From an uncultured Bacteroidia bacterium (lineage in GTDB: Bacteria > Bacteroidota > Bacteroidia > J057 > CALLMJ01), in contig CALLNY010000031.1 of the NCBI GenBank assembly GCA_938005475.1, positions 1 to 64,000 of the forward strand: a DNA stretch of 64,000 nt. Direction: 5' to 3'. The position numbers were made by a program, and so were the translations under genes. Positions 19,169-29,738 of the stretch are shown piece by piece. Within the stretch, counting starts at the first letter, position 1. Every line of letters starts with the position of its first letter. The notes under the pieces were generated by a model. That model made no database searches. It saw nothing but the letters and a program-made list of their open reading frames with translations, and was not told the DNA's origin.

Positions 19169-19599
19169 TTTTCATAGGTTTTGATTTTGATTAAACGGAC
19201 TTGCGTAGTAATACTATCTTTTGTTCGAGAAAATACTAAAATATCAGGTTTTAGAGTATCTATGTTCAATGGAATTTCAAAGTTTGTTTCGCTTTTATGG
19301 GTGTACAATTTTTGAGTTTCTGTATCTATTCTCCATTTGCCTTTTTCTAAACTACCATTCAATTGGATTTCGTAGGTGTTGTCTTTATTAAAAAGGAAAT
19401 AGGAATTAGGTCTTAATTTTTGTATTTCTTCTTGTAATCGGTCGGTATCAACAGACTTTGTCATTCCATGAATTCTATAATTATCAACAAGCCATTTTCC
19501 GTGTAGAAGTTTCTCTTGTGAGGAATGTTCATTACAGGCACATAAAAATAAAATAAAATAAACACAGAGTATACTTCGGGGCAACATATTTTTATGCAA
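19165..19599 (-). CDS. Hypothetical lipoprotein
   Basis: A signal peptide with a Cys lipobox-like LFLCAC is present. The protein is small and beta-rich. Confidence 0.35.
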   Translation of the reverse strand: MHKNMLPRSILCVYFILFLCACNEHSSQEKLLHGKWLVDNYRIHGMTKSVDTDRLQEEIQKLRPNSYFLFNKDNTYEIQLNGSLEKGKWRIDTETQKLYTHKSETNFEIPLNIDTLKPDILVFSRTKDSITTQVRLIKIKTYEK

Positions 19600-19616
19600 A
19601 AGTAAAGATTTTATTA

Positions 19617-20375
19617 TTACTTACTCCATTCCCAAGCCAAAATTCCACATGCTATGGCTACATTCAAAGACTCAGCTTTACCTGATTGAGGAATGCTTAT
19701 GCTTTGTGGTATTTTTGGGTTCCATTCGGAGATTAGACCACTCGCTTCATTTCCCAACACAATAAATTGGTATTGTTTTATAGGAATTTGCGTAATAGGA
19801 ATGCCTGAAAGTTCTGATTTTAACATTTTTGAACTATATTGCTTGATTATATTTGGAACAGAAACATAATAAAAAGGAACGCGAAATATAGCTCCCATGC
19901 TTGCCCTCACTACTTTCGGATTGTAAATCTCTACACATTCATGTAAAATGACCCCATCAATATTAAATGCGTCGCAAATTCTTAATATTGTCCCCAAATT
20001 ACCAGGGTCTTGGACATGGTCTAATACAAAAAATTTTTTGTTGTGAATATCTTGGGGGAAGGTATGTTCAATTTTCGCAGCAACTGCTAATACTCCTTCC
20101 GAATTTTCTAACTGGCTTAATCTCTTAAATTCATTCTCTTTACAAATATATCCTTCGATCATCGTACCTAAATCTTCAAGATTATGTAAATCTAATTTTT
20201 CTGATATTACGACTGCCCGCAAAGGAACTTTTTCTTTGATTGCTTCTGCCAACAATTTTTTCCCTTCTAACAAAAAAAGACCTTCCCGTTCTCTATCTTT
20301 TTTGTTTTGAAGCCTCGAAAAATATTTTAATTTATTTTGACTGATAGGAATAAACGGCATGTTTTGAATAAACAA
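19617..20375 (-). CDS. TrmH/SpoU-family RNA 2'-O-methyltransferase
   Basis: SPOUT motifs are VLDHVQDPGNLGTILRICDAFNIDGVILHE and GNEASGL. Confidence 0.7.
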   Translation of the reverse strand: MFIQNMPFIPISQNKLKYFSRLQNKKDREREGLFLLEGKKLLAEAIKEKVPLRAVVISEKLDLHNLEDLGTMIEGYICKENEFKRLSQLENSEGVLAVAAKIEHTFPQDIHNKKFFVLDHVQDPGNLGTILRICDAFNIDGVILHECVEIYNPKVVRASMGAIFRVPFYYVSVPNIIKQYSSKMLKSELSGIPITQIPIKQYQFIVLGNEASGLISEWNPKIPQSISIPQSGKAESLNVAIACGILAWEWSK

Positions 20376-20427
20376 TTTTACAAATTTAGAACCTTTAAGA
20401 CGAAAAATTTGTAATTTTGCAAAAAAA

Positions 20428-22254
20428 ATGGAAATGAGAAATTTACTTTTTATTGTTCTCGTTGGGATACAATTAGGGTACAGCCAACATAATAAAATAA
20501 AATTAGAGCCCGTCTCGTTATTAAATGTAATTCATATTCAAGAACTTAAAGATGAGCCGAGTATAACTTTAAAAAATATAGAAATTCACGAGCCAGGGAT
20601 TAAGGAAAGTAAACAAAAGCAACAAACACAAAAAAAGGCTTCAGAAGCGGATAGTACTTCTTATACTCGAATAAAAAAAACAATGGTAAATGAACCGATT
20701 TTGGAAGGTACTTATCCAGGTAACATTGCGGGTTCAGGCATACCATTAGACAACCACCTTGCAATATCCAAGGCAGGCAAAATTGTGGCGGTGCAGAACT
20801 CCAATTTTGGGGTCTACAACACCTCAGGGCAATCACTACAACAAAAAACATTAGATGCTTTGTCACAAAGTTTAGGTTTTAACAACGCAAAATATGACCC
20901 CCGAGTGATTTATGATCCCCTTCATGACCGCTTCATTATAGTGTACTTAAATGGTTCATCAGCAAATAATTCTCGAATTATAGTGGGGTTTTCAGCTACC
21001 AATGATCCAGCTGGTGCGTGGTTTATGTATGCTCTTTTAGGAAATCTAAAAGATAACCTGCTCATTACAGAAGATGTTTGGACAGACTACCCATCAATAG
21101 GTATTTCTACAGAAGAACTTTTTATAACAGGAAATTTATTCACAGATGCAGGCGTATTTAAAGGTGCAGGTATATGGCAAATCCCTTTAAGTGAAGGTTA
21201 TATGGGAACTACCCTCAACCCCGTTGTTTACATTACTTATTATTTTTCTTTGATGCCTGTCACAGGTGCTACCCAACCTTACGGTCCCGATATGTATTTT
21301 ATTCGTACAAACATAGGCAATGGTAACCAAATTCATATACATTATCTAACCAATTCCGAAGCGAATGGGGGCGTGTTAAACCCTCCCGTTACTATACCAA
21401 CTATGCTTAATTACAGCATGCCACCTGATGCCCCCCAAAAAGGTACCACCCTAAAATTAAGTACTAATGACAACCGCATCCAAACTGCTTATTTGGAAAA
21501 TAATATTATCGTGTATGCTTTCAATACCGGACTAAACGGGCGTTCCTCTATCTATTACGGAACTATCTACCTGAATAGCATGGGATTAAGTTTTGCGTTC
21601 GCTGACGCTATCTACATTACAGATTCCCAGTACTCTATTGCTTTTCCGTCGGTGGTGTATGCAGGTTGTGGAAGCCCCGCAGGTAATAATTCTTTACTTT
21701 TCGTGGATTTCTCCTCCCCAAATAACCGACCAGGAATTGGGGCTTTTGCTATTGATGCAAATGGGGATTATTCGGATATGTTAATTGCTTTTGAAGGGAC
21801 AGGGCAAATCGGATTCGGTACCAATAGCCCTTACCGTTGGGGAGACTACTCAGGCGGCGCATTACGTCAAGATGGTTCTAATCAAATTTGGTGCTATGGA
21901 GCAGTCGGTTCTGTAACTGGTTTTAATACAGGTAGACTAGCGCATTTCTCCACAGACCTATGCCAATCTACTAACATTCAACCTAATACAACTACTCATC
22001 AAGAATTATCAGTTTATCCTGTGCCATGTTACAATGAAGTAACGGTAACTTTTCCTGTTGAGAAAACAGGTGAACTATCGGTAAATTTATTAGATATCCA
22101 CGGCAGATTCATCCGTAATCTAGTGACCGATAAATTATACCAAGGTACTGCCCAATTTACTATGTCTGTCAATGAACTTCCCAAAGGAACTTATATTCTT
22201 CAAGTTCAAAAAGATAATAAAATTTTAGCAAAAAAGAAGATTGTAAAGGAATAA
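20428..22254 (+). CDS. Secreted protein with T9SS type-A (Por) C-terminal sorting domain
   Basis: A signal peptide is present. The C-terminal ~80 aa (LSVYPVPCYNEVTVTFPV...GTYILQVQKDNKILAKKKIVK) match the type-A CTD pattern. Confidence 0.55.
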   Translation: MEMRNLLFIVLVGIQLGYSQHNKIKLEPVSLLNVIHIQELKDEPSITLKNIEIHEPGIKESKQKQQTQKKASEADSTSYTRIKKTMVNEPILEGTYPGNIAGSGIPLDNHLAISKAGKIVAVQNSNFGVYNTSGQSLQQKTLDALSQSLGFNNAKYDPRVIYDPLHDRFIIVYLNGSSANNSRIIVGFSATNDPAGAWFMYALLGNLKDNLLITEDVWTDYPSIGISTEELFITGNLFTDAGVFKGAGIWQIPLSEGYMGTTLNPVVYITYYFSLMPVTGATQPYGPDMYFIRTNIGNGNQIHIHYLTNSEANGGVLNPPVTIPTMLNYSMPPDAPQKGTTLKLSTNDNRIQTAYLENNIIVYAFNTGLNGRSSIYYGTIYLNSMGLSFAFADAIYITDSQYSIAFPSVVYAGCGSPAGNNSLLFVDFSSPNNRPGIGAFAIDANGDYSDMLIAFEGTGQIGFGTNSPYRWGDYSGGALRQDGSNQIWCYGAVGSVTGFNTGRLAHFSTDLCQSTNIQPNTTTHQELSVYPVPCYNEVTVTFPVEKTGELSVNLLDIHGRFIRNLVTDKLYQGTAQFTMSVNELPKGTYILQVQKDNKILAKKKIVKE

Positions 22255-22300
22255 TGGCACAAAATTTGAACGCATAACTAACATATTAAAAATTATAATT

Positions 22301-23173
22301 ATGAAACTTTTAGTTCTTTGCATTTTAATGAGTTTTAATTTTACAATATTTGCGCAAAGTTTTTCATTTATTGCAGTAAATGGAGACGTACAATATGAGG
22401 AAAAAGGTACTTGGAAAAAGCCTTTATCAGGGACCAAACTACCTGACGGCGCTAAAATTAAGTTAGGAAAAAACGCTTATGCCGCTTTGTCACACCAAAA
22501 TAAACAAACAATCGAACTGAAAAATGAAGGAAGCTATGCTTTCAATGATTTACAAGCGCAAGCTAATAAGCAACTTTCCAGTATAACTTCTAAATACGTA
22601 AATTACATCGTTAATAATGCTACTGCAAGAGACCATATCAACACAATGTCTAACAAAGGTATGGTCTATCGAAAACTTGGTAACAACGCTAGTATTTTTT
22701 TATATCAACCTCCCGCACAATCTTTTATTCTAGAAGATATGGTCACTTTTGTCTGGTCACACAATAAAAATATTAAAGAATATATATTTGTGTTGTCTAA
22801 TGATGAAAAGGAAATTTTGCAAAAAGAAATAAAAGATACTATCCTAACCTTGAATATTCAACCTTATAACCTTAAACCTAATGAATGTTACTTCTGGAAA
22901 GTTATTCCAAAAGGGCATGAAGATTTAGAATCCAATGAAGCTTGTATCAAACGATACTCTCAAGAACAGAAAAATACTATCTACCAAGATGTTCAATCCA
23001 TACAGAATGATTTAGGAAATACAACCCTTGCTAAAGTTGTTTTAGCAAATTATTATGAAGATAAAAAATTGTATATTGAAGCGTTAAATTTGTATAAGCA
23101 AGCGGCAGATAGTGGTATCCAAGAATATGTTAAATTGTATTATGACTTTCTATCCAAAATTGCAAGGAAATAA
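22301..23173 (+). CDS. Hypothetical secreted protein
   Basis: A signal peptide is present (MKLLVLCILMSFNFTIFAQS). No family was recognised. Confidence 0.35.
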   Translation: MKLLVLCILMSFNFTIFAQSFSFIAVNGDVQYEEKGTWKKPLSGTKLPDGAKIKLGKNAYAALSHQNKQTIELKNEGSYAFNDLQAQANKQLSSITSKYVNYIVNNATARDHINTMSNKGMVYRKLGNNASIFLYQPPAQSFILEDMVTFVWSHNKNIKEYIFVLSNDEKEILQKEIKDTILTLNIQPYNLKPNECYFWKVIPKGHEDLESNEACIKRYSQEQKNTIYQDVQSIQNDLGNTTLAKVVLANYYEDKKLYIEALNLYKQAADSGIQEYVKLYYDFLSKIARK

Positions 23174-23181
23174 TTTTTAAT

Positions 23182-24105
23182 GTGTTGTATATTGAAAATG
23201 AGTATCTAAAAGCCGATTTTCGTTCTTTAGGGGGTGAGTTAATCGCATTGTGGGATAAAAAAACGCAAACACATCGCTTAAAGGTTGGTAATAAATATTG
23301 GTCTTACTATGCACCAACTCTATTCCCTATTGTTGGTAGAAGTTATAATGATACAATATGGGTAAATGGCGATGCTTTTCCTATGGAGAAACATGGATTT
23401 TTAAGAAAAACGAAATTGTCAACAACAAATTCTCTTAATCCCCACCAAATTACTTTTGAATTAACTTATAACGAACAAACTCTAAAAGTTTTTCCTTATT
23501 ATTTCAAAATTTTATTAGATTATAAACTTAACCAAAATACTTTAGAAGTAAGCTATCAAATACAAAATATCGTTCCTACTTATGAATTGAATGAAAGAAA
23601 CGCTATTTTTCCATGTCAGGTTGGGGGACATCCCGCATTTAATCTTAATGCTTTTGAAGATTTATCCATTCAAGATTATTACCTACAATTCGATAATGAG
23701 GAACAGAACACTCGCCATTTAATCAATAAAGAAGGATATTTCACAGGGCAAACTGAAAAAATACCTATCTATGATAAGAAACTTGTTCTCAATGATAGTT
23801 TTTTTGAAAAAGATGCAATCATTTTGAAAAACGTTCTTTCCCGTTTTGTAGAGTTAAGGAATACAAAAAATTCACATGGAATACGAGTTCAATATAAAGA
23901 TTGCCTCCAATATTCAACAAGTATTCAAAATTTTGTTCATTTAGGGCTATGGAAACCTGTACAAGCAGATTTTTTATGTATAGAGCCTTGGTATGGTTGT
24001 GCTGACCCAGTAGATTTTAATAAGCCCTTTGAACAGAAAGAAACCGTATTATTGATAGAAAAAGGTTCTACGGTAAAACTTACTTATTTTATTACGGTTT
24101 TTTAA
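23182..24105 (+). CDS. Aldose 1-epimerase (galactose-mutarotase-like) family protein
   Basis: Conserved blocks are FPIVGR...GD.FPMEKHGF and GGHPAFNL. Confidence 0.6.
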   Translation: MLYIENEYLKADFRSLGGELIALWDKKTQTHRLKVGNKYWSYYAPTLFPIVGRSYNDTIWVNGDAFPMEKHGFLRKTKLSTTNSLNPHQITFELTYNEQTLKVFPYYFKILLDYKLNQNTLEVSYQIQNIVPTYELNERNAIFPCQVGGHPAFNLNAFEDLSIQDYYLQFDNEEQNTRHLINKEGYFTGQTEKIPIYDKKLVLNDSFFEKDAIILKNVLSRFVELRNTKNSHGIRVQYKDCLQYSTSIQNFVHLGLWKPVQADFLCIEPWYGCADPVDFNKPFEQKETVLLIEKGSTVKLTYFITVF

Positions 24106-24149
24106 GTTTTATTAAGAAACTAAACATATTCTTTTTACGTAGAATTTTT

Positions 24150-24806
24150 ATGGAAAGTAAACAATCTCATACGCTTGCTTATATTTTAGGGTTTGCAATG
24201 TTGCTCTTTTTGATACAATTTATTCAATTTTTGACTCATTGGGATTTTTCTATTTTGGGGATTTATCCGAGAAGTTTTACGGGTCTTATTGGGATTTTTT
24301 GGGCTCCTTTGTTGCATGGGAGTTTTGGGCATTTCAGTTCTAATTTGTTAGTACTATCCATTGGGCTTTTTATTTTATTTGAATTTTACCGAAAATGGGC
24401 TTGGGAAATCTTATTATGGATTTGGATTGTGGGCGGTTTGATGGTATGGGCTTTTGGACGTGAAAGTTATCACCTTGGTAGCAGTGGCTTAATTTACGGT
24501 ATCAACTTCTTTATTTTAACTACGGGAATTATACTACGAAATTTTAAAACGGTTGCGCTAGCTTTAGTTATTATTCTGATGAATCAAGGGATGTTTTGGG
24601 GGCTCTTCCCCACTGATACGCAGGTTTCATGGGAAGCGCATCTTTTTAGTGCTATTATAGGTATAAACTTGTCATTGCTCTTGAAGAAAGAGATTAAGCA
24701 GGATTTAATCTCTAATCAACCTGAAACAGCAATAAATGAAGAACTATCAGAAGAGGTGTGGAACTATCCTAAGCATTATTATCACCATAAAGGATTAGAA
24801 GAATAG
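24150..24806 (+). CDS. Rhomboid-family intramembrane serine protease
   Basis: There are 6 TM segments. A catalytic GxSG (HLGSSGLIYG) and a downstream AH (WEAHLFSAIIG) are present. Confidence 0.6.
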   Translation: MESKQSHTLAYILGFAMLLFLIQFIQFLTHWDFSILGIYPRSFTGLIGIFWAPLLHGSFGHFSSNLLVLSIGLFILFEFYRKWAWEILLWIWIVGGLMVWAFGRESYHLGSSGLIYGINFFILTTGIILRNFKTVALALVIILMNQGMFWGLFPTDTQVSWEAHLFSAIIGINLSLLLKKEIKQDLISNQPETAINEELSEEVWNYPKHYYHHKGLEE

Positions 24807-24808
24807 AA

Positions 24809-25600
24809 TCATTGGTAATTGGGTTTTCTTTTCTCAGAGACAGCGGCAATCATTTCCATAAAATCGGGGTTTATTAAATTTTCACTGTTCCATTTAGCGA
24901 TATAAGCAAGACCTTCCTCGGGAGTTTTATTCCATTGATAATTAAGGAGTTGTTTAACTCCGGTAAGAATAAATTGCGAATTTTGTCCAATTTTTTGAGC
25001 AATTTTGATTGTTTCCTGGATAAGAACTTCCTGATTTTCATATATAGCAGAGATTAGTCCCCAGGAATAAACTTTTTCTGCGGAATAATCATCACCAGTA
25101 AAAGCCATGAGGCGAGTATGATTTTGCCCAATAATAGCAGGTAATCGATTTAAGGACCCTAAATCCGCTACAATAGCCATTTGGGTTTCCCGTAAAGAAA
25201 AGAAAGCGTCTTTGGAAGCAAAGCGCAAATCACAAGCTGATATAAAATCTAATCCACCTCCTACACAAGCTCCATGCACTGCCGCAATATGAACCTTTTT
25301 ACTGTTCGCAATTTGAATAAAAGGTTTTTGTAATTCCGTAATTAACCGGTTAATTGCTTCCGAATCTTTTGAAAACAATAGCGATTGATAGTTGATAAAA
25401 AAATCCATCAAATCCAAACCTGCGGAAAAACCTTTTCCCCTTCCAGCCCATACAATCACTTTAAATGCAGAATTTTCCAATTCGTCTAATAAAGTAGCAA
25501 TCTCGCTCCAAAAAACTTTATTCATAGCGTTGATTTTATGGGGACGGTTAAAATAAATCAGCGCTACGTTTTCATGGGGTTCAACTTCAAAAAATTCCAT
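24809..25600 (-). CDS. Enoyl-CoA hydratase/isomerase (crotonase) family protein
   Basis: The crotonase fold signature is AAVHGACVGGGLDFISACDLRFAS. Confidence 0.7.
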   Translation of the reverse strand: MEFFEVEPHENVALIYFNRPHKINAMNKVFWSEIATLLDELENSAFKVIVWAGRGKGFSAGLDLMDFFINYQSLLFSKDSEAINRLITELQKPFIQIANSKKVHIAAVHGACVGGGLDFISACDLRFASKDAFFSLRETQMAIVADLGSLNRLPAIIGQNHTRLMAFTGDDYSAEKVYSWGLISAIYENQEVLIQETIKIAQKIGQNSQFILTGVKQLLNYQWNKTPEEGLAYIAKWNSENLINPDFMEMIAAVSEKRKPNYQ

Positions 25601-25601
25601 T

Positions 25602-26117
25602 TTATTCTTTGATGGTTTCGCCGTTGGCTACTTTTTTAATTAGCTCATAAAGTTTTTCTTCATCACCATTCGTATAGGAATTATGGTCCCAGACAATATT
25701 TTTGTTGCCATCTATCAAAAAAGTATGAGGAACATTATTCACTCCTAATTCCCGTTTAAAGTCAGAATTTACGTCTAAATAAACTTCATATTTCCAGTCT
25801 TTTCCTTTCACTATACTGGGAACTTTTGCAGTATTTCTAGCATCATCAATAGAAATGGCAATCAATTTTACACCTGTTTCTTTTTGCCATTCTTCATAAA
25901 CTTCAGCTATATTCACTAATTCCTGAATACATGGTTTACACCAAGTTGCCCAAAAAGAGAGAATGATAGGCTTGCCATTATTATCAAAGTCTTTAGTATT
26001 AAATGATTTACCGTCTAGTGTTTTAATATTTACAGAAGGTATCGGTCTTTTACTCTGAGCAAGTAGTTGTAAGCCGATAAAAAATAACATTAGAATAATT
26101 AAAAAATTTTTTTTCAT
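25602..26117 (-). CDS. TlpA/redoxin-family thiol-disulfide oxidoreductase (thioredoxin fold), secreted
   Basis: A signal peptide and a WCxxC active site (FWATWCKPCIQE) are present. Confidence 0.7.
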   Translation of the reverse strand: MKKNFLIILMLFFIGLQLLAQSKRPIPSVNIKTLDGKSFNTKDFDNNGKPIILSFWATWCKPCIQELVNIAEVYEEWQKETGVKLIAISIDDARNTAKVPSIVKGKDWKYEVYLDVNSDFKRELGVNNVPHTFLIDGNKNIVWDHNSYTNGDEEKLYELIKKVANGETIKE

Positions 26118-26260
26118 ACTATTCTCGATTTTTTGAATTGATACGCAAAAATAAAGCCAAATATTAATAAAAAAAACAATTCTACGTATTTTAATCGTAA
26201 GTTTATCATGGAAAACAGTAACTTTTTCAATGTTAGTAAGTAAAACTTAAAATTGTATCT

Positions 26261-26719
26261 TTGCGTTTTTTGTTAAAAGTAATGGAACAATATCAACAAA
26301 TATTCATTCAGGTTATTGAGGAGATGATTCCTTTTAATAAATTTTTAGGATTTCAATTAGAGGAGATTAGAGCGGGATTTGCTAAGATACGAGTTTCATT
26401 TAGGGAGGAATTTATTGGGGACCCGCGTAATCGTAGGTTACATGGGGGATTATCAGCGACCTTAATTGATACGGTAGGAGGAGCCGCCGCCTTAACTACT
26501 CTTACTTCTTTTGATGACCAAATCGCTACCATTGATATGCGTGTAGACTACCTAAAACCAGCTAAAGCAGAAGACCTTATCGCAGAAGGACAAATATTAA
26601 GAAGCGGAAATCGTATTGTTGTATGTGAAATGAAAGTTTATCAACCTTCAAGTAAAGAGATTATTGCCGCAGGAAAAGCGGTTTACAATGTTATTAGGAA
26701 AAATCCCAAATCAGAATAA
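26261..26719 (+). CDS. PaaI/YbgC-type hotdog-fold thioesterase
   Basis: Hotdog motifs LHGG and LIDTVGG are present. Confidence 0.6.
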   Translation: MRFLLKVMEQYQQIFIQVIEEMIPFNKFLGFQLEEIRAGFAKIRVSFREEFIGDPRNRRLHGGLSATLIDTVGGAAALTTLTSFDDQIATIDMRVDYLKPAKAEDLIAEGQILRSGNRIVVCEMKVYQPSSKEIIAAGKAVYNVIRKNPKSE

Positions 26720-26794
26720 TTTCTAATTCTTTTAACTAAAAAGCTATTGAAAGATTAAAATATCTTTCAATAGCCTCTCAAGAACTTTGGATAC

Positions 26795-27097
26795 TTAATT
26801 GCGGATTTTTTCTTTGTATTTAATGATTTGTTTCTTTAAAGAATCCACACAAATATCCGTGGCTTCCTCAAAAGTTTTACATTGTTCTTCTGCAAACAGC
26901 GTTTTTGAGGGAACAAAAACTTTAATTTCCACGATTTTGTTACCATCTTCTTTAATTTTTGTGTTTTGAAGTTTTAGTAACACTTCAACGTTCACAATAC
27001 CATCAAAGAATTGCGTTAATTTTTGGCATTTTTCGTTAATGAACTGCAGTAATTTTTTGTCTGCGTCAAAGTGGATGGATTCAATGTTTACTTTCAT
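26795..27097 (-). CDS. hpf: Ribosome hibernation-promoting factor / RaiA
   Basis: The 100-aa protein begins MKVNIESIHFDADKKLLQFINEKCQKL, the typical S30AE/HPF N-terminus. Confidence 0.75.
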   Translation of the reverse strand: MKVNIESIHFDADKKLLQFINEKCQKLTQFFDGIVNVEVLLKLQNTKIKEDGNKIVEIKVFVPSKTLFAEEQCKTFEEATDICVDSLKKQIIKYKEKIRN

Positions 27098-27126
27098 ATC
27101 CGTAAAAATTTAAAAGTTAAATATTA

Positions 27127-28026
27127 CTACGATTTAGGATGTGCTTGTTTATAAATCGATTTCAGTTTGCTAAGGGTATTATGGGTATAAATTTGTGTTG
27201 CCGCTAAATTTGCGTGACCGAGCATCTCTTTTACGGCGTCAATTTCAGCGCCATGATCTAATAAATGCGTTGCAAAAGTATGCCTTAATATGTGTGGTGA
27301 ATTCTTGGCTAGTTTGGTATATGCAAGCAACGCATTCTTAACTATTCTATACAATAGTTTATCGTACATGGGCATCCCGTTCTTTCTTACTAACAAAACC
27401 TGATTTTTTATACCATGATTTTGACAATACGCTTCATATTTCTGTATGCAATTTTTCGTACTTTCATTAAAAGGGACTATACGAGTTTTATTACCTTTCC
27501 CCGTGACTCTCACTAATTGATTATTCAGGTTTATATCTTTCCATTGAACATTTAATAATTCTGACCTACGTAAACCTGAAGAGTATAAGAACTCTATAAT
27601 CAACTGATTACGAAGTTGTTCAAATTCAGTTTTCCACTGAATATTATTGAGTAAATTTTCCATATCTCGTTCAGGGACAAAGTGAGGTATCCTTTTAGGT
27701 TTCTTGGGAGACAACAATTTCCGCGTAGGATTATGCGTTAGGTTCCCAATTTTTTGTTGATACTTAAAAAAGTTTTTTATGCTTGCTATTTTTCGGCGTA
27801 TCGATGAAGCATGCAAACCCTCTTCGTATAACTTTCTTAACCATAGCTTTAAATGATTGTGGTGAAGATTTTGAATATTTGAAAGCTCAAAAAAATCTTG
27901 GGGGTTTCTATTTGCGGATAGAATACGTGCAAATTGCATTAAATCTGATTCATAAGCAGTTAGAGTATGCTCTGAACGTTTTTTTTCGTATTGTAAGTAT
28001 CGGAGAAATGGCTCAATTGTATTCAT
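27127..28026 (-). CDS. Tyrosine site-specific recombinase, XerC/XerD family
   Basis: The C-terminal catalytic box is LRHTFATHLLDHGAEIDAVKEMLGHANLAATQIYTH (R...HxxR...Y). Confidence 0.75.
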   Translation of the reverse strand: MNTIEPFLRYLQYEKKRSEHTLTAYESDLMQFARILSANRNPQDFFELSNIQNLHHNHLKLWLRKLYEEGLHASSIRRKIASIKNFFKYQQKIGNLTHNPTRKLLSPKKPKRIPHFVPERDMENLLNNIQWKTEFEQLRNQLIIEFLYSSGLRRSELLNVQWKDINLNNQLVRVTGKGNKTRIVPFNESTKNCIQKYEAYCQNHGIKNQVLLVRKNGMPMYDKLLYRIVKNALLAYTKLAKNSPHILRHTFATHLLDHGAEIDAVKEMLGHANLAATQIYTHNTLSKLKSIYKQAHPKS

Positions 28027-28139
28027 ACAGCGTTTCGTTTAGGAATGCAATGTAAATTTAATCAATATTTTTACAAAATGTCAAGTTATAATCTATCAAA
28101 AAATCAAAAAACATTGAAAATCAATAGAAAAAAATTAGT

Positions 28140-28190
28140 CGTTGGCTTGATTTGATAAAATATCTTTTTCCCAACGACCTTCTTTTGGCT
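28140..28190 (-). terminator. Putative terminator of the csm operon
   Basis: The inverted repeat GTCGTTGG(G)...CCAACGAC is followed by a T-rich tract on the minus strand just 3' of the csm6 stop. Confidence 0.3.
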
Positions 28191-28199
28191 ACTAATACT

Positions 28200-29726
28200 C
28201 TAGTATTTTGTTACAAATCTACTTTCTCTCGCTTTGGTAATCCCCGTATCAATATACTCTATAATCTTGTGATTGAGCTTCTCATATATATCTTCCTCAA
28301 TTTTTAATATTTTTCTAAACTCACGAAAAAGTAAATTAATCTCATCTATATTGTCTGGGTAAATTTTCTTTTTAGCTTTTTTTAGTTTTTTGATGATTGT
28401 TGTATGGAAAAAAGAATCCAATCCATGCGCAGCGATAGATTTATTCCGTAAAATTTTCAAATCTTTTACGTAATTTTTAAAATTCATTTTTTGTTTGAAC
28501 TCAGGGGAATTCTCTAATTCTTTATCATGTTCAATAAAATAATTCAGCAAATTTTCTGTAAGATAAGTAGTAGGATTATCCTCTAAATACCTTATTTCTT
28601 TTTTTTCTAAATAAAGTTTTAAATCTTCTTTATCAATTCTTTGATTTTCCTTGTCATTTAAATATTTTTCAAATTCTTGCTTCCATTTGTTTTGTTCAGG
28701 ATAATTTATTCCAGTAATGTTGATAACTTCTTGTAATTGTAACATTTCTATAAATCGGAAGATTCTCAAAAGGAAATCATCATAATCACCTTGTTGAAAC
28801 TTTATGAAACAACTGTAATACAATTGTCTCATCGTAAATTTTTCTTTGTCCAAATCTTTAACATCATTAATGAGTAGTTCAATAAAGCTATCCTCGGATT
28901 TTGGGAAATGTTTTTGGTTATTTTCTAATGTTTGAATGGCTTTTTCAGGTTGAAAAATCAATCGGTTGTGGGCGTATTCTGCGAGCGTTCGGATTTTAAT
29001 ATCAATCGAGTGGAGTTCCAGTATAGCGGCATAGTTATATTTTTCAACAAACCTACGAGCAAATTTATATTCTAAAACCGTATAAAAACGTGTTTTTATA
29101 TCTATTTTAAAACTTTGTTTTCTTTTTTCATCTACCATTACCTCCACCAAAGACTTATCTTGGGAATATAGATGTAGTACTACAAAACGAACGGCGTTAT
29201 TGATAGCGTCTATACCACCAACTAAATGTAAGTATAAATTTTCACTTTCAAAAATTTTTTCTTTAAAAGGAGAAGTGGATAGTTTTTCTAACATGAAATC
29301 ATACATATCATGCAGACTTATTACGTTTTCATGGACAGGTAAATGATAGACCTTAACATTTGGATACTTTTTTATGAGAAATTTTTCTAATACCATTCCA
29401 AAATAAACGGTATCTTGATTGTGTTTTTCGTATTGGTCTGTTGCTACCAAAACCACATTATCCAATGTAATTCCTTCCTGCTCAACCATTTTAAGAGTAG
29501 GTGTAACAATTGGGAAGTCAATGTAATCTAGAAAAAAACTAAAATAACGATAAAGAAATTCTCCCAATACTCTTGCAGGAATATTATAAATAGATTTATT
29601 ACTATTAGTTTCCTTTTTTAGTTGAGTATATTCCTCTAGGATTTGCGGAGGAATATTGGTATGAGTAAAATCTTCTGTTTTTAATTGTATGTCTCGGGTT
29701 CCAAGTGTTATAATTAATGTATTCAT
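28200..29726 (-). CDS. csm6: CARF-HEPN ancillary ribonuclease Csm6 (type III-A)
   Basis: The N-terminal CARF Rossmann start is MNTLIITLGTRD. The C-terminal HEPN R-x4-6-H motif is ILRNKSIAAHG. It is the last gene of the cas6-cas10-csm2-5 operon. Confidence 0.7.
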   Translation of the reverse strand: MNTLIITLGTRDIQLKTEDFTHTNIPPQILEEYTQLKKETNSNKSIYNIPARVLGEFLYRYFSFFLDYIDFPIVTPTLKMVEQEGITLDNVVLVATDQYEKHNQDTVYFGMVLEKFLIKKYPNVKVYHLPVHENVISLHDMYDFMLEKLSTSPFKEKIFESENLYLHLVGGIDAINNAVRFVVLHLYSQDKSLVEVMVDEKRKQSFKIDIKTRFYTVLEYKFARRFVEKYNYAAILELHSIDIKIRTLAEYAHNRLIFQPEKAIQTLENNQKHFPKSEDSFIELLINDVKDLDKEKFTMRQLYYSCFIKFQQGDYDDFLLRIFRFIEMLQLQEVINITGINYPEQNKWKQEFEKYLNDKENQRIDKEDLKLYLEKKEIRYLEDNPTTYLTENLLNYFIEHDKELENSPEFKQKMNFKNYVKDLKILRNKSIAAHGLDSFFHTTIIKKLKKAKKKIYPDNIDEINLLFREFRKILKIEEDIYEKLNHKIIEYIDTGITKARESRFVTKY

Positions 29727-29738
29727 GATAAAAATTAG

